Position numbers and translations under genes: made by a program
Shown: positions 38,079 to 48,211 of the stretch, piece after piece
Layout: each line of letters starts with the position of its first letter
How positions within the stretch are numbered: position 1 is the first letter of the stretch
Assembly: GCA_963709485.1 (NCBI GenBank)
Contig: CAVPWE010000005.1
Coordinates: forward strand, 207,608 to 271,607
Origin: an uncultured delta proteobacterium
Lineage (GTDB): Bacteria > Desulfobacterota > Syntrophia > Syntrophales > Fen-1087
DNA: 64,000 nucleotides
Reading direction: 5' to 3'
Notes under the pieces: model-generated
The model's database searches: none
Told to the model about the DNA's origin: nothing
Seen by the model: only the letters and a program-made list of their open reading frames with translations

Positions 38079-41000
38079 ATGTCAAAATTCTTCATCAATC
38101 GTCCCATCGTCGCCATGGTGATCTCGATCCTGATGGTCATCGTCGGACTGGTGGCCATGTCGGGGCTGCCCACGGCGCAGTTCCCCAACATCGTCCCCCC
38201 GGAAATGCAGGTGAAGGGCACATACCCCGGGGCGGACGCGCTCACCGTCGAGCAGTCGGTGGCCACGCCCATCGAGCAGCAGATGTCGGGCGTGGACAAC
38301 ATGAACTACATGTACTCCCTCAACGCGAACGACGGCTCGATGAAACTCACCGTGAACTTCGACATCAAGACGGACCCCAACACGGACCAGATCCTCTCCC
38401 AGATGAGGTCCAACCAGGCCAACTCGCAGCTCCCTGCCGATGTGATCAACCAGGGCGTCACGGTGCAGAAGTCGACCTCGTCGCCGCTGATCATGTTCGC
38501 CCTCTTTTCCCCCAACGGGACCTACGACAACGTCTTCCTGGCCAACTATAGTTACATCAACATCAACGACCAGATGACCCGCGTGCCCGGCATCGCCAGC
38601 GTCACCGTCTTCGGCGCCGGGCAGTACGCCATGCGGCTGTGGGTCAGGCCGGACCGGCTGGCCTCCCTCGGCATCACGATCCCCGAGATCGTCAACGCCG
38701 TCCAGCAGCAGAACACCGTCAACCCCGCCGGTCAGGTCGGCGGCGAACCGGTGCCGCATGGCCAGGAGTTCACCTATGCGGTTCGCTCCCAGGGGCGCCT
38801 CGAAAACGAACAGCAGTTCGGCGAGATCGTGATCCGCGCCAACCCCGACGGCTCCCTTGTCCGCGTCAAGGACGTCGGCCGGATCGAGCTCGGGGCCCAG
38901 AATTACACGATGCTCGGCCGCCTCAACGGAAAACCCGCGGCCCTCATCGCCCTCTACCAGCTGCCGGGCACGAACGCCATCGATGCCGCCGACGGCGCCA
39001 AGAAGGTGATGGCGGCGCTGAAGGAGAGATTTCCCGCCGACCTGGAATACGTGGTCGCCCTGGACACGACGCTGGCCGTCACGGAGGGCATCAAGGAGAT
39101 CGTCAAGACCCTCTACGAGGCCCTGATCCTCGTCATCATCGTCGTCTTCATCTTCCTGCAGGGCTGGCGGGCGACTCTCATCCCGCTGCTGGCCGTTCCC
39201 GTATCCCTGGTGGGGACCTTTATGTTCTTTCCCCTCCTCGGGTTTTCGATTAACACGCTCTCCCTCTTCGGCCTGGTGCTCGCCATCGGGCTTGTCGTCG
39301 ACGACGCCATCGTCGTCGTCGAGGCCGTGGAGCACCACATCGAGCACGGGATGAGCCCGAAGGACGCGACCCTGAAGGCCATGGAGGAGGTCTCGGGCCC
39401 CGTCATCGCGATCGCCGTCATCCTGGCGGCCGTCTTCGTCCCGACGGCCTTCATCCCGGGGATCACGGGGCGTCTCTACCAGCAGTTCGCCGTGACGATC
39501 TCCGTCTCCGTCATCATCTCGGCCTTCAACGCCCTGACGCTTTCCCCGGCCCTGGCGGCCATGCTGCTCCGACCGAAAACAAAATCCTGGGGACCGCTGC
39601 AGAAATTCTACGACGGGTTCAACAGAGTCTTCGGCCGGTCGACGGATGGGTACGTGAACTGGTGCGATCACCTCATCCGCAAGAGCAAGATCAGCCTCCT
39701 GTTTCTCCTCGCAACGGCCGTCCTGGCCGGCTTCTTCGGGAAGCAACTGCCGGTCTCCTTCCTGCCCGACGAGGACCAGGGGTTCGTCTACGCCGGGCTT
39801 CAGCTTCCCGATGCGGCCTCGATGCAAAGAACCGACGCCGTGACGAAAAAGGCCGAGGAGATCATCATGAAGACCCCCGGCGTCAAGTACTGCACCGCCG
39901 TTGTCGGCTACAGCATGCTCAGCGGCGTTGCCAACACATACAGCTCGTTCTTCTTCATCACGCTGGAGGACTGGGCCGCAAGGAAAAAACCGGAGGAGAA
40001 ATACGAGGCCATCAAGGCTCACCTGTCCCGCGAGTTGCGCGGGTTGACGGAGGCCATCGCTTTTGCCTTCCCGCCCCCCGCCATCCCCGGCGTCGGGACC
40101 TCGGGCGGCTTCACCTTCGTCCTGGAGGACAGGGCAGGGAAGGACATCGCGTTTCTTGCCGAGCAGACCGGCAAGTTCCTCGATGCAGCCCGGAAGCGGC
40201 CGGAACTGGCCGGTCTCAGCACGACCTTCCGCCCCAATGTGCCCCAGGTCTTCGTGGACGTGGACCGCGACAAGGTCCTCAAGCAGGGGGTAAACCTCTC
40301 GGACGTCTACAAGACGCTCCAGTGCTTCATGGGTGGCGCCTTTGTGAACTACTTCAACCGGTTCGGCCGCCAGTGGCAGATCTACGTCCAGGCCGAGGGC
40401 GAGTACAGGACGAAGGCCCAGAACCTCGGTCAGTTCCATGTCCGGAACAATGACGGCGTGATGGTGCCCCTTGCCGCCGTCACAAGCGTGCGGTCCACTG
40501 CGGGACCGGAATTCACCATGCGCTACAACCTTTACCGCTCGGCCCAGATCAATGGATCGGCGTCCCCGGGATACAGTTCAACCCAGGCCATGGAGGCCCT
40601 CGAGCAGGTCTTCGCCGAGACGATGCCCAGCGAGATGGGCTTCGATTACCTCGGCATGAGCTACCAGGAGAAGAAGGCCCAAGAGGGCGTGTCGCCCGCC
40701 GTCATCTTCGGCTTCTCGCTTCTGTGCGTGTTCCTGATCCTGGCCGCCCAGTACGAGAGCTGGTCCCTCCCCTTCAGCGTGCTGCTGGGAACGCCGATTG
40801 CCGTCATGGGGGCCTTCGGCGCCCTGTGGCTGCTCCGTTTCGATAATAACGTCTATGCCCAGATCGGGCTCGTCATGCTCATCGGGCTTGCAGCGAAAAA
40901 CGCGATCCTCATCGTCGAGTTCGCCAAAATGGAGTACGACAAGGGCAAGCCCGTGATCGAGGCGGCCCTCACGGGTGCGAAACTGCGCCTGCGGCCGATC

Positions 41001-41243
41001 CTCATGACGTCCTTCGCCTTCATCCTGGGCTGCGTGCCCCTGGCCCTTGCAAGCGGCGCCGGGGCGATCTCGCGGCAGGTGATGGGCATGGCCGTCATCG
41101 GCGGGATGCTGGCGGCGAGTTTCATCGCCATCTTCCTCATCCCCGTCACGTTCTACGTCGTGGAGAAAATGACACACAAGGAGAAACCGGGCAGTCATGG
41201 ATGGGTTGAACAAACCGGAAAGGAGGGGGATGGCCATGAATAA
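38079..41243 (+). CDS. RND multidrug efflux permease (AcrB/MexB-like)
   Basis: 1054 aa beginning MSKFFINRPIVAMVISILMVIVG. Contains the DDAIVVVE motif and shows the 12-TM architecture. Confidence 0.95.
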   Translation: MSKFFINRPIVAMVISILMVIVGLVAMSGLPTAQFPNIVPPEMQVKGTYPGADALTVEQSVATPIEQQMSGVDNMNYMYSLNANDGSMKLTVNFDIKTDPNTDQILSQMRSNQANSQLPADVINQGVTVQKSTSSPLIMFALFSPNGTYDNVFLANYSYININDQMTRVPGIASVTVFGAGQYAMRLWVRPDRLASLGITIPEIVNAVQQQNTVNPAGQVGGEPVPHGQEFTYAVRSQGRLENEQQFGEIVIRANPDGSLVRVKDVGRIELGAQNYTMLGRLNGKPAALIALYQLPGTNAIDAADGAKKVMAALKERFPADLEYVVALDTTLAVTEGIKEIVKTLYEALILVIIVVFIFLQGWRATLIPLLAVPVSLVGTFMFFPLLGFSINTLSLFGLVLAIGLVVDDAIVVVEAVEHHIEHGMSPKDATLKAMEEVSGPVIAIAVILAAVFVPTAFIPGITGRLYQQFAVTISVSVIISAFNALTLSPALAAMLLRPKTKSWGPLQKFYDGFNRVFGRSTDGYVNWCDHLIRKSKISLLFLLATAVLAGFFGKQLPVSFLPDEDQGFVYAGLQLPDAASMQRTDAVTKKAEEIIMKTPGVKYCTAVVGYSMLSGVANTYSSFFFITLEDWAARKKPEEKYEAIKAHLSRELRGLTEAIAFAFPPPAIPGVGTSGGFTFVLEDRAGKDIAFLAEQTGKFLDAARKRPELAGLSTTFRPNVPQVFVDVDRDKVLKQGVNLSDVYKTLQCFMGGAFVNYFNRFGRQWQIYVQAEGEYRTKAQNLGQFHVRNNDGVMVPLAAVTSVRSTAGPEFTMRYNLYRSAQINGSASPGYSSTQAMEALEQVFAETMPSEMGFDYLGMSYQEKKAQEGVSPAVIFGFSLLCVFLILAAQYESWSLPFSVLLGTPIAVMGAFGALWLLRFDNNVYAQIGLVMLIGLAAKNAILIVEFAKMEYDKGKPVIEAALTGAKLRLRPILMTSFAFILGCVPLALASGAGAISRQVMGMAVIGGMLAASFIAIFLIPVTFYVVEKMTHKEKPGSHGWVEQTGKEGDGHE

Positions 41244-42687
41244 AGCGATCCTCTCCCTGTTGCTTGCGATGTTCCTTGCCGGATGCGCCATCGGACCCGA
41301 CTACAAACGGCCGACCATCGACACCCCTGCCGCCTGGCGCGTTGTGGAAAAGGAGGCTCAGGACACGGCCAACACGGCCTGGTGGCACCAGTTCGAAGAC
41401 AAAGTCCTGAACGGGCTGATCGACGAGGCCCTGAAGCAGAACTACGACCTCCGGGTCGCCACCGCCCGGGTGGAAGAGTACGTGGGCCGCTACTGGGTGG
41501 GGCGCTCGGGGCTGTTTCCGCAGATCGGGGCCTATGGCTCCGCAACACAGGACCGCGCGACCGAGCGGGGCGCCGCCCCGATACCGTCCGCCGTGAAAAA
41601 CCCCGTGGAGAATTACCAGGCGGGTTTCAACGGCAGCTGGGAGATCGACATCTGGGGAAAACTCAGGCGATCCACCGAAGCGGCGAAAGCCGACCTGCTC
41701 TCGACCGAGGAGGCACGGCAGGCCGTTATCCTGTCGCTGGTCAGTTCCGTGGCGACAGGCTACATCAACCTTCGTGACCTCGACAAGCAACTGGAGATAG
41801 CCACACGAACGGCAAAGACCCGGGAGGAGTCCTACAAGCTCTTCAAGCTGCGCTATGAGGGGGGTGTCATCTCGGAGTTGGAGCTCAACCAGGTCAAGTC
41901 AGAGTACGAGCAGGCCCTGGCCACGATCCCGCAGATCGAGAAACAGATCGGCTTCCAGGAAAACGCCCTGAGCCTCCTGCTCGGGAGAAACCCGGGGCCC
42001 ATCGACCGGGGCAAGAGCATCGACGAGATGGTTCTGCCGGCCGTTCCGGTAGGACTGCCCTCGGATATGTTGGAGAAGCGCCCGGATGTCCGCCAGGCGG
42101 AACAGGCTCTCGTTGCGGCCAACGCCCGGATCGGCGTGGCAAAGGCCCAGTTCTTCCCCACCATTTCGCTGACAGGCCTCTTCGGCTGGGCAAGTACGGA
42201 ACTCTCAAGCCTCTTCACCGGGCCCGCGCAAGTCTGGAGCTGGGGCGGGGCTGCAGTGGCCCCGATCTTCAATGGCGGCTCCCTGCTGGGACAGTTTTGG
42301 GCATCGGAGGCCATCCAGCAGCAGACGCTCTTCAACTACCAGAGCACCGTCCAGACGGCCTTCCGCGAGGTCAATGACGCCCTCCTCGATCAGAAGCGCA
42401 CCCGCGAGCAGCTCGAGGCGCAGAAACGGCAGGTCGATTCCCTGAAGGAATACGCACGCATCGCCAGGCTCCGTTACGACAACGGCTACACGAGCTACAT
42501 CGAGGTCCTCGACGCCGAGAGGAGTCTCTTCAACGCCGAACTCCAGTACGCCCAGACCCAGGGGGTCCTTTTCCAATCTCTGGTCAGCCTCTACAAGTCC
42601 ATGGGTGGCGGATGGGTGGTCGAAGCGGACAAGCTGACAACGGCGGCCGCGCCGGACCGTGGCGGAGAAAAATCAGAGGGCCATTGA
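41236..42687 (+). CDS. RND efflux outer-membrane factor lipoprotein (NodT/OprM family)
   Basis: The lipobox is in MNKAILSLLLAMFLAGC, followed by GPDYKRP. Two OEP repeats are present. The gene overlaps the pump gene's stop. Confidence 0.9.
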   Translation: MNKAILSLLLAMFLAGCAIGPDYKRPTIDTPAAWRVVEKEAQDTANTAWWHQFEDKVLNGLIDEALKQNYDLRVATARVEEYVGRYWVGRSGLFPQIGAYGSATQDRATERGAAPIPSAVKNPVENYQAGFNGSWEIDIWGKLRRSTEAAKADLLSTEEARQAVILSLVSSVATGYINLRDLDKQLEIATRTAKTREESYKLFKLRYEGGVISELELNQVKSEYEQALATIPQIEKQIGFQENALSLLLGRNPGPIDRGKSIDEMVLPAVPVGLPSDMLEKRPDVRQAEQALVAANARIGVAKAQFFPTISLTGLFGWASTELSSLFTGPAQVWSWGGAAVAPIFNGGSLLGQFWASEAIQQQTLFNYQSTVQTAFREVNDALLDQKRTREQLEAQKRQVDSLKEYARIARLRYDNGYTSYIEVLDAERSLFNAELQYAQTQGVLFQSLVSLYKSMGGGWVVEADKLTTAAAPDRGGEKSEGH

Positions 42688-42752
42688 GGGGGGTTCGGAG
42701 GTCATTCTCATTTCCACGAACAACCGTTTTGTATTTGAAAAGGAGATCCATC

Positions 42753-45038
42753 ATGGAAAACCGGCAGGAAAAAATGGCGGGCCTTCTCGGCCTCATGGGA
42801 AAGATCACCCGCCTCTATACGGTTCGCGCTCTCGAGGCCCAGAAGAACTTCATGAGCCACATGCAAAGGGCAGCCCTGGACGAGAAACAGCGATCCGCGG
42901 TTGCGGCCGCCGAAAATCCCTGGCAGGCATGGGCCTCCTACGTGACCGACGCCGCGCAGCGCTCGGTGCTGTTCTGGGACATTTTGCGGGAGCGCGGCAA
43001 CACCTACCTGGAGCATAAGAAGGAGGGAAGCCCGCCGCTCCTGGCCTTTGAATGGGAGATCATCTCCGACGGGCGGACTTTTGCGCGACCCGTCAACTAT
43101 GCCCTAATCCGGATCATCCCGCCGGAGGGTGTGAAAATCGATGACACCCGGCGTCCCTTCATCATCATCGACCCGCGCGCGGGCCACGGGCCGGGCATCG
43201 GGGGGTTCAAGAGGGATTCCGAAGTCGGCGTCGCCTTGCAGTTCGGCTACCCCGTCTATTTCGTGATCTTCTTCCCCGAACCCGAACCGGGACAGACGAT
43301 CCTCGACGTCAGTGCGGCGGAGGCGAAATTCCTGGACACCGTCATTGAGCGGCACCCGAAGAGCCCCAAGCCGACGATCTACGGAAACTGCCAGGGCGGC
43401 TGGGCCTCCATGCTCATCGCGGCGAACGATCCCCACAAAGTCGGACCCGTCGTGATCAACGGCGCGCCCATGTCTTACTGGAGCGGCAGCTGGAGCGGGG
43501 GCGAGGGGGAGAACCCGATGCGCTACAGCGGGGGCCTTCTCGGCGGGTCCTGGATGTCGCTGCTGGCCAGCGACCTGGGGAACGGCAAGTTCGACGGCGC
43601 CTACCTCGTGGAGAATTTCGAGAACCTCAACCCGGCAAACACTTTCTGGAACAAGTACTACAACCTCTGGAAGAACGTCGACACGGAGCGGGAACGCTTC
43701 CTGGAGTTCGAAAAGTGGTGGGGCGGCTACTTCCTGATGAACGAGGAGGAGATCCACTGGATCGTGGACAACCTCTTCATCGGCAACAGGCTGGCCCGCG
43801 GCGAGGTGAAGGCGGCGCCCGGCACGTATATCAACCTCAAGGCCATCCGCTCCCCCATCGTCATCTTCTCCTCGAAGGGGGACAACATCACACCGCCGCA
43901 GCAGGCGATGAACTGGGTCTCCGACGTTTACGCGAGCACGGCCGAGATCAAGGCGAACGGGCAGGTCATCGTGGGGATCCTCCATGAGGATATCGGCCAC
44001 CTCGGCATTTTTGTCTCGGGGAAGGTCGCCCAGAAAGAGCATACCGAGATCGTCGAGGCGCTCGACTACGTCGAGAGGCTCCGGCCCGGCCTCTACGTCA
44101 TGGAGCTCGAGGAGACCTCGGGCACGGGCAAGGACAAATACCTCTCCACATTCCGCGAGGTGCGGCTGGAGGATATGAGAAAGCTCAACCGGCTGGAGCG
44201 GCGGGACGAGAAACCCTTCGAGCTCGTTTCCGAGGTGTCGCTGATGAACGAAAAGGCCTATGCCTTCTACGGGAGGCCCCTGGTCCGGAACATGGTCAAC
44301 GAGACCTCCGCAGAGCTGGGCCGCACGCTTCACCCCCTGCGGGCGCAGCGATGGAGCTTCAGCGACACGAACCCGATGATGTGGCCCCTTCCGGCCATGG
44401 CCTCCGCCGTCAAGGCGGGCCGGAAGCCCCTTTCGAAAGACAACCCCTTCCGCAGCCTCGAAGAGGCCTGGTCCGAAATGATTGCGGGCGCCTGGAATCT
44501 TTTCCGGGATCTGAGGGATGCCGCGAGCGAGGCGGCCTTTTTCCAGATCTACGGATCCATGACCACCCTGGGGGCCGGGAGCGTCAAACCCGGGATACAG
44601 CCCGATGCGACTGTCGATCCTCATGAACTGCCCTACGTGAAGGAAGCCCTGTCGGCCATCGATCAGGGGGGCTACCCGGAGGCCCTTGCCCGGATCGGTG
44701 CGCTCGTGGGCCGTTATGCGGGGTCCATCCCCCTTTATCGGCTGGAAGCGGCGGACAATTTTGTCCGTTCGGACAAGGTGCTCTCGAAACTCTCGGCAGA
44801 ACAAATTCGAAGCCTGCGTTCCGAGGCCGGCGTGATGGTGCTCCTGGAGCCCGAACGCACCCTGGATGCCCTGCCGCGGCTGCTGGCCACGGCAGAAGAA
44901 AGGGAGCGCGTCCTGTCGATTCTGAAGCGGGGGCTGTCGCTGGAAGGAATCACGGCGGAACAGCATGCCATGGCCCGGACTATCATGGACCGTCTCCGTA
45001 AACCGGGCGCCCGCGGCGCGAAGGCGAAGAAGAAATGA
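42753..45038 (+). CDS. DUF3141 family protein (alpha/beta-hydrolase fold, PHA-synthase/depolymerase-like)
   Basis: 761 aa. Contains FIIIDPRAGHGPGIGGFK and the nucleophile-elbow-like GNCQGGW. AGGAG lies upstream of the ATG. The family call is by recollection of conserved motifs. Confidence 0.75.
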   Translation: MENRQEKMAGLLGLMGKITRLYTVRALEAQKNFMSHMQRAALDEKQRSAVAAAENPWQAWASYVTDAAQRSVLFWDILRERGNTYLEHKKEGSPPLLAFEWEIISDGRTFARPVNYALIRIIPPEGVKIDDTRRPFIIIDPRAGHGPGIGGFKRDSEVGVALQFGYPVYFVIFFPEPEPGQTILDVSAAEAKFLDTVIERHPKSPKPTIYGNCQGGWASMLIAANDPHKVGPVVINGAPMSYWSGSWSGGEGENPMRYSGGLLGGSWMSLLASDLGNGKFDGAYLVENFENLNPANTFWNKYYNLWKNVDTERERFLEFEKWWGGYFLMNEEEIHWIVDNLFIGNRLARGEVKAAPGTYINLKAIRSPIVIFSSKGDNITPPQQAMNWVSDVYASTAEIKANGQVIVGILHEDIGHLGIFVSGKVAQKEHTEIVEALDYVERLRPGLYVMELEETSGTGKDKYLSTFREVRLEDMRKLNRLERRDEKPFELVSEVSLMNEKAYAFYGRPLVRNMVNETSAELGRTLHPLRAQRWSFSDTNPMMWPLPAMASAVKAGRKPLSKDNPFRSLEEAWSEMIAGAWNLFRDLRDAASEAAFFQIYGSMTTLGAGSVKPGIQPDATVDPHELPYVKEALSAIDQGGYPEALARIGALVGRYAGSIPLYRLEAADNFVRSDKVLSKLSAEQIRSLRSEAGVMVLLEPERTLDALPRLLATAEERERVLSILKRGLSLEGITAEQHAMARTIMDRLRKPGARGAKAKKK

Positions 45039-45051
45039 GGAGGCGCGTTTC

Positions 45052-46458
45052 ATGAGCAACAGCCGGGATATGACCAATATCCCCTTCGGGGAAATCGAGG
45101 TCGGCCAGTCGGCCGAGCTGGGCGTCACGCTGACGCAACCACAGATCGACATTTTGACCGTGGTGGCCGGGGATGTGGATGCCCTGCATTTGAAAGGGGA
45201 AGCAGGCCAGAGCCGGTCCGATGTCAGGACCACCGAGGCGGTCGGGGCCGAAGTAATTCTATCCAATGTGATCGGCATCAAACTGCCCGGCCCCGGGTCC
45301 CGGATCCTGAGCCGGAGTCTGGCATACAAGGGAGACATCCACACGGGAGACACCATCACGGCAACCGTCACGGTCCGGCAGAAACAAACCGAAGGCGCCG
45401 TTGTGGTGCTCGATGCCCGCTGCGTGAACCAGAATGGCGACGAACTGGTCAACGGTACGGTTTCCGTGGCTGCGCCGACGTCTTCACTGGTGTACGACAA
45501 CATTGTGCCGCCCAATCTGGTCCTTCGCCGAAACAACGCATTTGCCCGGTTATTGAAGATCTGCGAGGGATGCGAACCGATCGTCTGCGCCGTCGCCCAT
45601 CCCTGTGACAACGACTCCCTGATGGGGGCGATTGAAGCGGCCCGCCGAAACCTCATCATCCCCCTCCTTGTCGGCCCGGAGGATAGGATCCGGAGCATTG
45701 CCGCCGCGCTGGAAATCGATCTTTCCCCCTATCGGATTATCCCGACGCCACACAGCCACGCCTCCGCGGCAAAAGCCGCGGAACTGGCCAGTTCGGGACA
45801 GGCCGAGGCCCTCATGAAGGGAAGCCTCCACACCGACGAGATCATGGGCGCCATCGTCACGAAGGCCGCCGGGCTCCGCACCTCGCGCCGGATCAGCCAT
45901 GCCTTTGTCATGGATGTGCCGACCTATCACAAGCCGTTCATCATCACCGACGCGGCCGTGAACATCTTCCCGAAGCTCGAGGACAAGGTCGATATCATCC
46001 AGAATGCGATCGATCTCGCCCGAGTGTTCAAGATTGAAAATCCCAAGGTTGCCCTCCTTTCGGCCGTGGAGACGGTCACATCGAAAATTCCGTCCACGCT
46101 CGATGCGGCGGCGCTGTGCAAGATGGCCGACAGGGGCCAGATCACGGGCGGCATTCTGGACGGGCCGCTTGCCTTCGACAACGCGATCAGCGCCGAAGCG
46201 GCCAAAACGAAGCACATTGCCTCGCCGGTGAGCGGAGATCTCGACATCATGGTCGCGCCGGACCTCGAAGCCGGCAACATGATATTCAAGCAGCTCACCT
46301 ACCTTGCCGGTGCCGAGGGTGCCGGCATCGTGCTCGGGACGCGGGTGCCGGTCATCCTGACGAGCCGGGCCGACACGGTGAGGACGCGCCTGACGTCCAC
46401 GGCGGTCATGACCCTTGTCGCGCACGCGCGCCGGGCGGGGACATACGGGTTAAGGTGA
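45052..46458 (+). CDS. Fusion of a MaoC-like hot-dog (enoyl-CoA hydratase/dehydratase) domain with phosphate acetyl/butyryl-transferase
   Basis: The N-terminal 140 aa form a hot-dog fold (ITATVTVRQKQTEGAVVVLDARCVNQNGDELVNG). The C-terminal 320 aa carry PTA_PTB motifs (LMKGSLHTDE, SHAFVMDVP, ITDAAVN, LDGPLAFDNA, APDLEAGNM). Confidence 0.85.
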   Translation: MSNSRDMTNIPFGEIEVGQSAELGVTLTQPQIDILTVVAGDVDALHLKGEAGQSRSDVRTTEAVGAEVILSNVIGIKLPGPGSRILSRSLAYKGDIHTGDTITATVTVRQKQTEGAVVVLDARCVNQNGDELVNGTVSVAAPTSSLVYDNIVPPNLVLRRNNAFARLLKICEGCEPIVCAVAHPCDNDSLMGAIEAARRNLIIPLLVGPEDRIRSIAAALEIDLSPYRIIPTPHSHASAAKAAELASSGQAEALMKGSLHTDEIMGAIVTKAAGLRTSRRISHAFVMDVPTYHKPFIITDAAVNIFPKLEDKVDIIQNAIDLARVFKIENPKVALLSAVETVTSKIPSTLDAAALCKMADRGQITGGILDGPLAFDNAISAEAAKTKHIASPVSGDLDIMVAPDLEAGNMIFKQLTYLAGAEGAGIVLGTRVPVILTSRADTVRTRLTSTAVMTLVAHARRAGTYGLR

Positions 46459-46467
46459 TGTGATATC

Positions 46468-46834
46468 ATGGGAGACTTTATTCTCGTTCTCAACGCAGGT
46501 TCCTCCAGCTTGAAATTCACTCTTTTTGAGTGTTTTGGCGAGGTTCTCCGGACGGCTTACGGCGGTCAGATCGAAGGCCTTTTCACAGAACCTCTCTTCA
46601 AAGCGAAAGATGCCGCCGGCAGGGTCGCTGCAGAAGAGGCGTGGCCCGCTGGAACTCCGTTCGGGCACGACGGGGCGCTGGAGGCCCTTTTCGCATGGGG
46701 CAGAACGATCCTGGGCGGCGGCGACCGGATTGCGGCCGTCGGGCAGCCGCGTCCGGGCCTGGGTGATCCCGACGGACGAGGAACTGATGATCGCCCGACA
46801 CACGCAACAGGCGGTCCTGGCGAAACCGTCCTGA
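46468..46834 (+). pseudogene. ackA: Acetate/propionate kinase remnant with a large internal deletion
   Basis: The N-terminus ILVLNAGSSSLKFTLF...DRIAAVG (about 92 aa) runs directly, and out of frame, into the extreme C-terminus RVRAWVIPTDEELMIARHT...*. About 280 aa of core, including the expected HRVVHGG, are absent. Confidence 0.8.
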
Positions 46835-46885
46835 ACGGAGGATCCGGGCTTCTGAATTTCACCTTGACAGGAGGAGCATTCCTAT

Positions 46886-47662
46886 ATGGAGAATGAGCAT
46901 CGATACCTCACAGGCAAAAAGGGCCTCGTTGTCGGTATTGCCAATGACGAGAGCATTGCCTACGGCTGCGCCCTTCGTTTCAAGGAGCTGGGGGCAATAC
47001 AGGCCATCACCTACCAGAGCGAAAAGTCGAAATCCTTTATCGAACCCCTGGCGGAAAATCTCACTGCCGAAATTTTCATGCCGCTGGATGTTCAGAAACC
47101 GGATCAGATGGATGCTGTCTTTACCGCCATCCACAAAAAATGGGGCCGGCTTGATTTCCTCGTTCACTCCATAGCCTTCATGCCCAAGACGGACCTCCAG
47201 GGAAGGGTGATCGACTGCTCCCTCGACGGTTTTCTCATGGCCATGGACATATCCTGCCATTCCTTCATACGGATGGCGAAGAGGGCCGAACCATTGATGC
47301 CGTCCGGGGGGTGTCTTGTCGCGATGAGCTACTACGGTGCAAACCAGGTTGTGGCGAATTACAACGCCATGGGGCCCGTGAAGGCGGCCCTTGAAAGCGC
47401 CGCGCGCTACCTTGCGGCTGAGTTGGGACCTAAGCGCATCCGTGTCCATGCCCTTTCGCCGGGCCCGCTCAAGACGAGGGCCGCATCCGGCATCGGCCAT
47501 TTCAGCGAGCTTTTGGACCAAGCCGAGAAGAAATCGCCCCAGAAACGCCTCGTGACCATTGAGGACGTGGGCGCCGTGGCGGCTTTTCTCGTGAGCGATC
47601 ATGCGGAAGCCCTGACGGGGAATATCACGTTCATTGATGCCGGGTATCATATCATGGACTAA
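46886..47662 (+). CDS. fabI: Enoyl-[acyl-carrier-protein] reductase (NADH), FabI-type SDR
   Basis: 258 aa. Contains GKKGLVVGIANDESIAYG, the SYYGA...Y..MGPVKAALE catalytic Tyr/Lys spacing, and ITFIDAGYHIM. Confidence 0.9.
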   Translation: MENEHRYLTGKKGLVVGIANDESIAYGCALRFKELGAIQAITYQSEKSKSFIEPLAENLTAEIFMPLDVQKPDQMDAVFTAIHKKWGRLDFLVHSIAFMPKTDLQGRVIDCSLDGFLMAMDISCHSFIRMAKRAEPLMPSGGCLVAMSYYGANQVVANYNAMGPVKAALESAARYLAAELGPKRIRVHALSPGPLKTRAASGIGHFSELLDQAEKKSPQKRLVTIEDVGAVAAFLVSDHAEALTGNITFIDAGYHIMD

Positions 47663-47693
47663 TGAAAGCAAACTTGCACAAAGGAGGATCCGG

Positions 47694-48191
47694 ATGAAAG
47701 GAAATTGGAAGCGTGCCGGTTTAATGATCGTTGTGGCTGCCGTGCTTCTCCTCTGCACGAGTCCGTTGACGGCTCAGGACAAAGGGGCGGACAATATGCA
47801 GATTCTTGTCGAGAAGATCAAAGCGGACAAGAAGCTGGTGGTTGCGGAAAACATGCAACTCACGGAAAAGGAGGCCAGGGCTTTCTGGCCGGTGTACGGG
47901 CGCTATCAGAATGAACTCTTTCTACTGCGCACTCGGACCATGAACTTGGTCCAAGATTACGCAGACCACTATGAAACGATGACCGATGCGATGGCGAAAA
48001 AGCTCCTGGACGAGATGATGGCCATCGAGACCCTTCGCGGCAGGCTCGCCGGGACCTACCTTCCCAAATTCCGTGCGGTGCTGTCCGAAAGGAAGGTCGC
48101 GCGCTATTACCAGATTGAAAACAAGATCAACGCAGCGCTTTACTACGAGCTGGCTGCGCGAATCCCGCTCGTCAAAGCGGGCAATCCGTAA
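47694..48191 (+). CDS. Periplasmic helical protein of unknown function
   Basis: The signal peptide is MKGNWKRAGLMIVVAAVLLLCTSPLTA. AGGAGG lies upstream. The protein is 165 aa. Confidence 0.7.
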   Translation: MKGNWKRAGLMIVVAAVLLLCTSPLTAQDKGADNMQILVEKIKADKKLVVAENMQLTEKEARAFWPVYGRYQNELFLLRTRTMNLVQDYADHYETMTDAMAKKLLDEMMAIETLRGRLAGTYLPKFRAVLSERKVARYYQIENKINAALYYELAARIPLVKAGNP

Positions 48192-48211
48192 GGAAAGGAG
48201 GAGGGGTTCTG

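Noticed and set aside
47640-47690. A sigma54-like GG-N10-GC pattern (TGGACTAATGAAAGCA) upstream of the periplasmic protein gene.
   Set aside because: It departs from TGGCAC-N5-TTGCA at most conserved positions, and no enhancer-binding protein gene is nearby.
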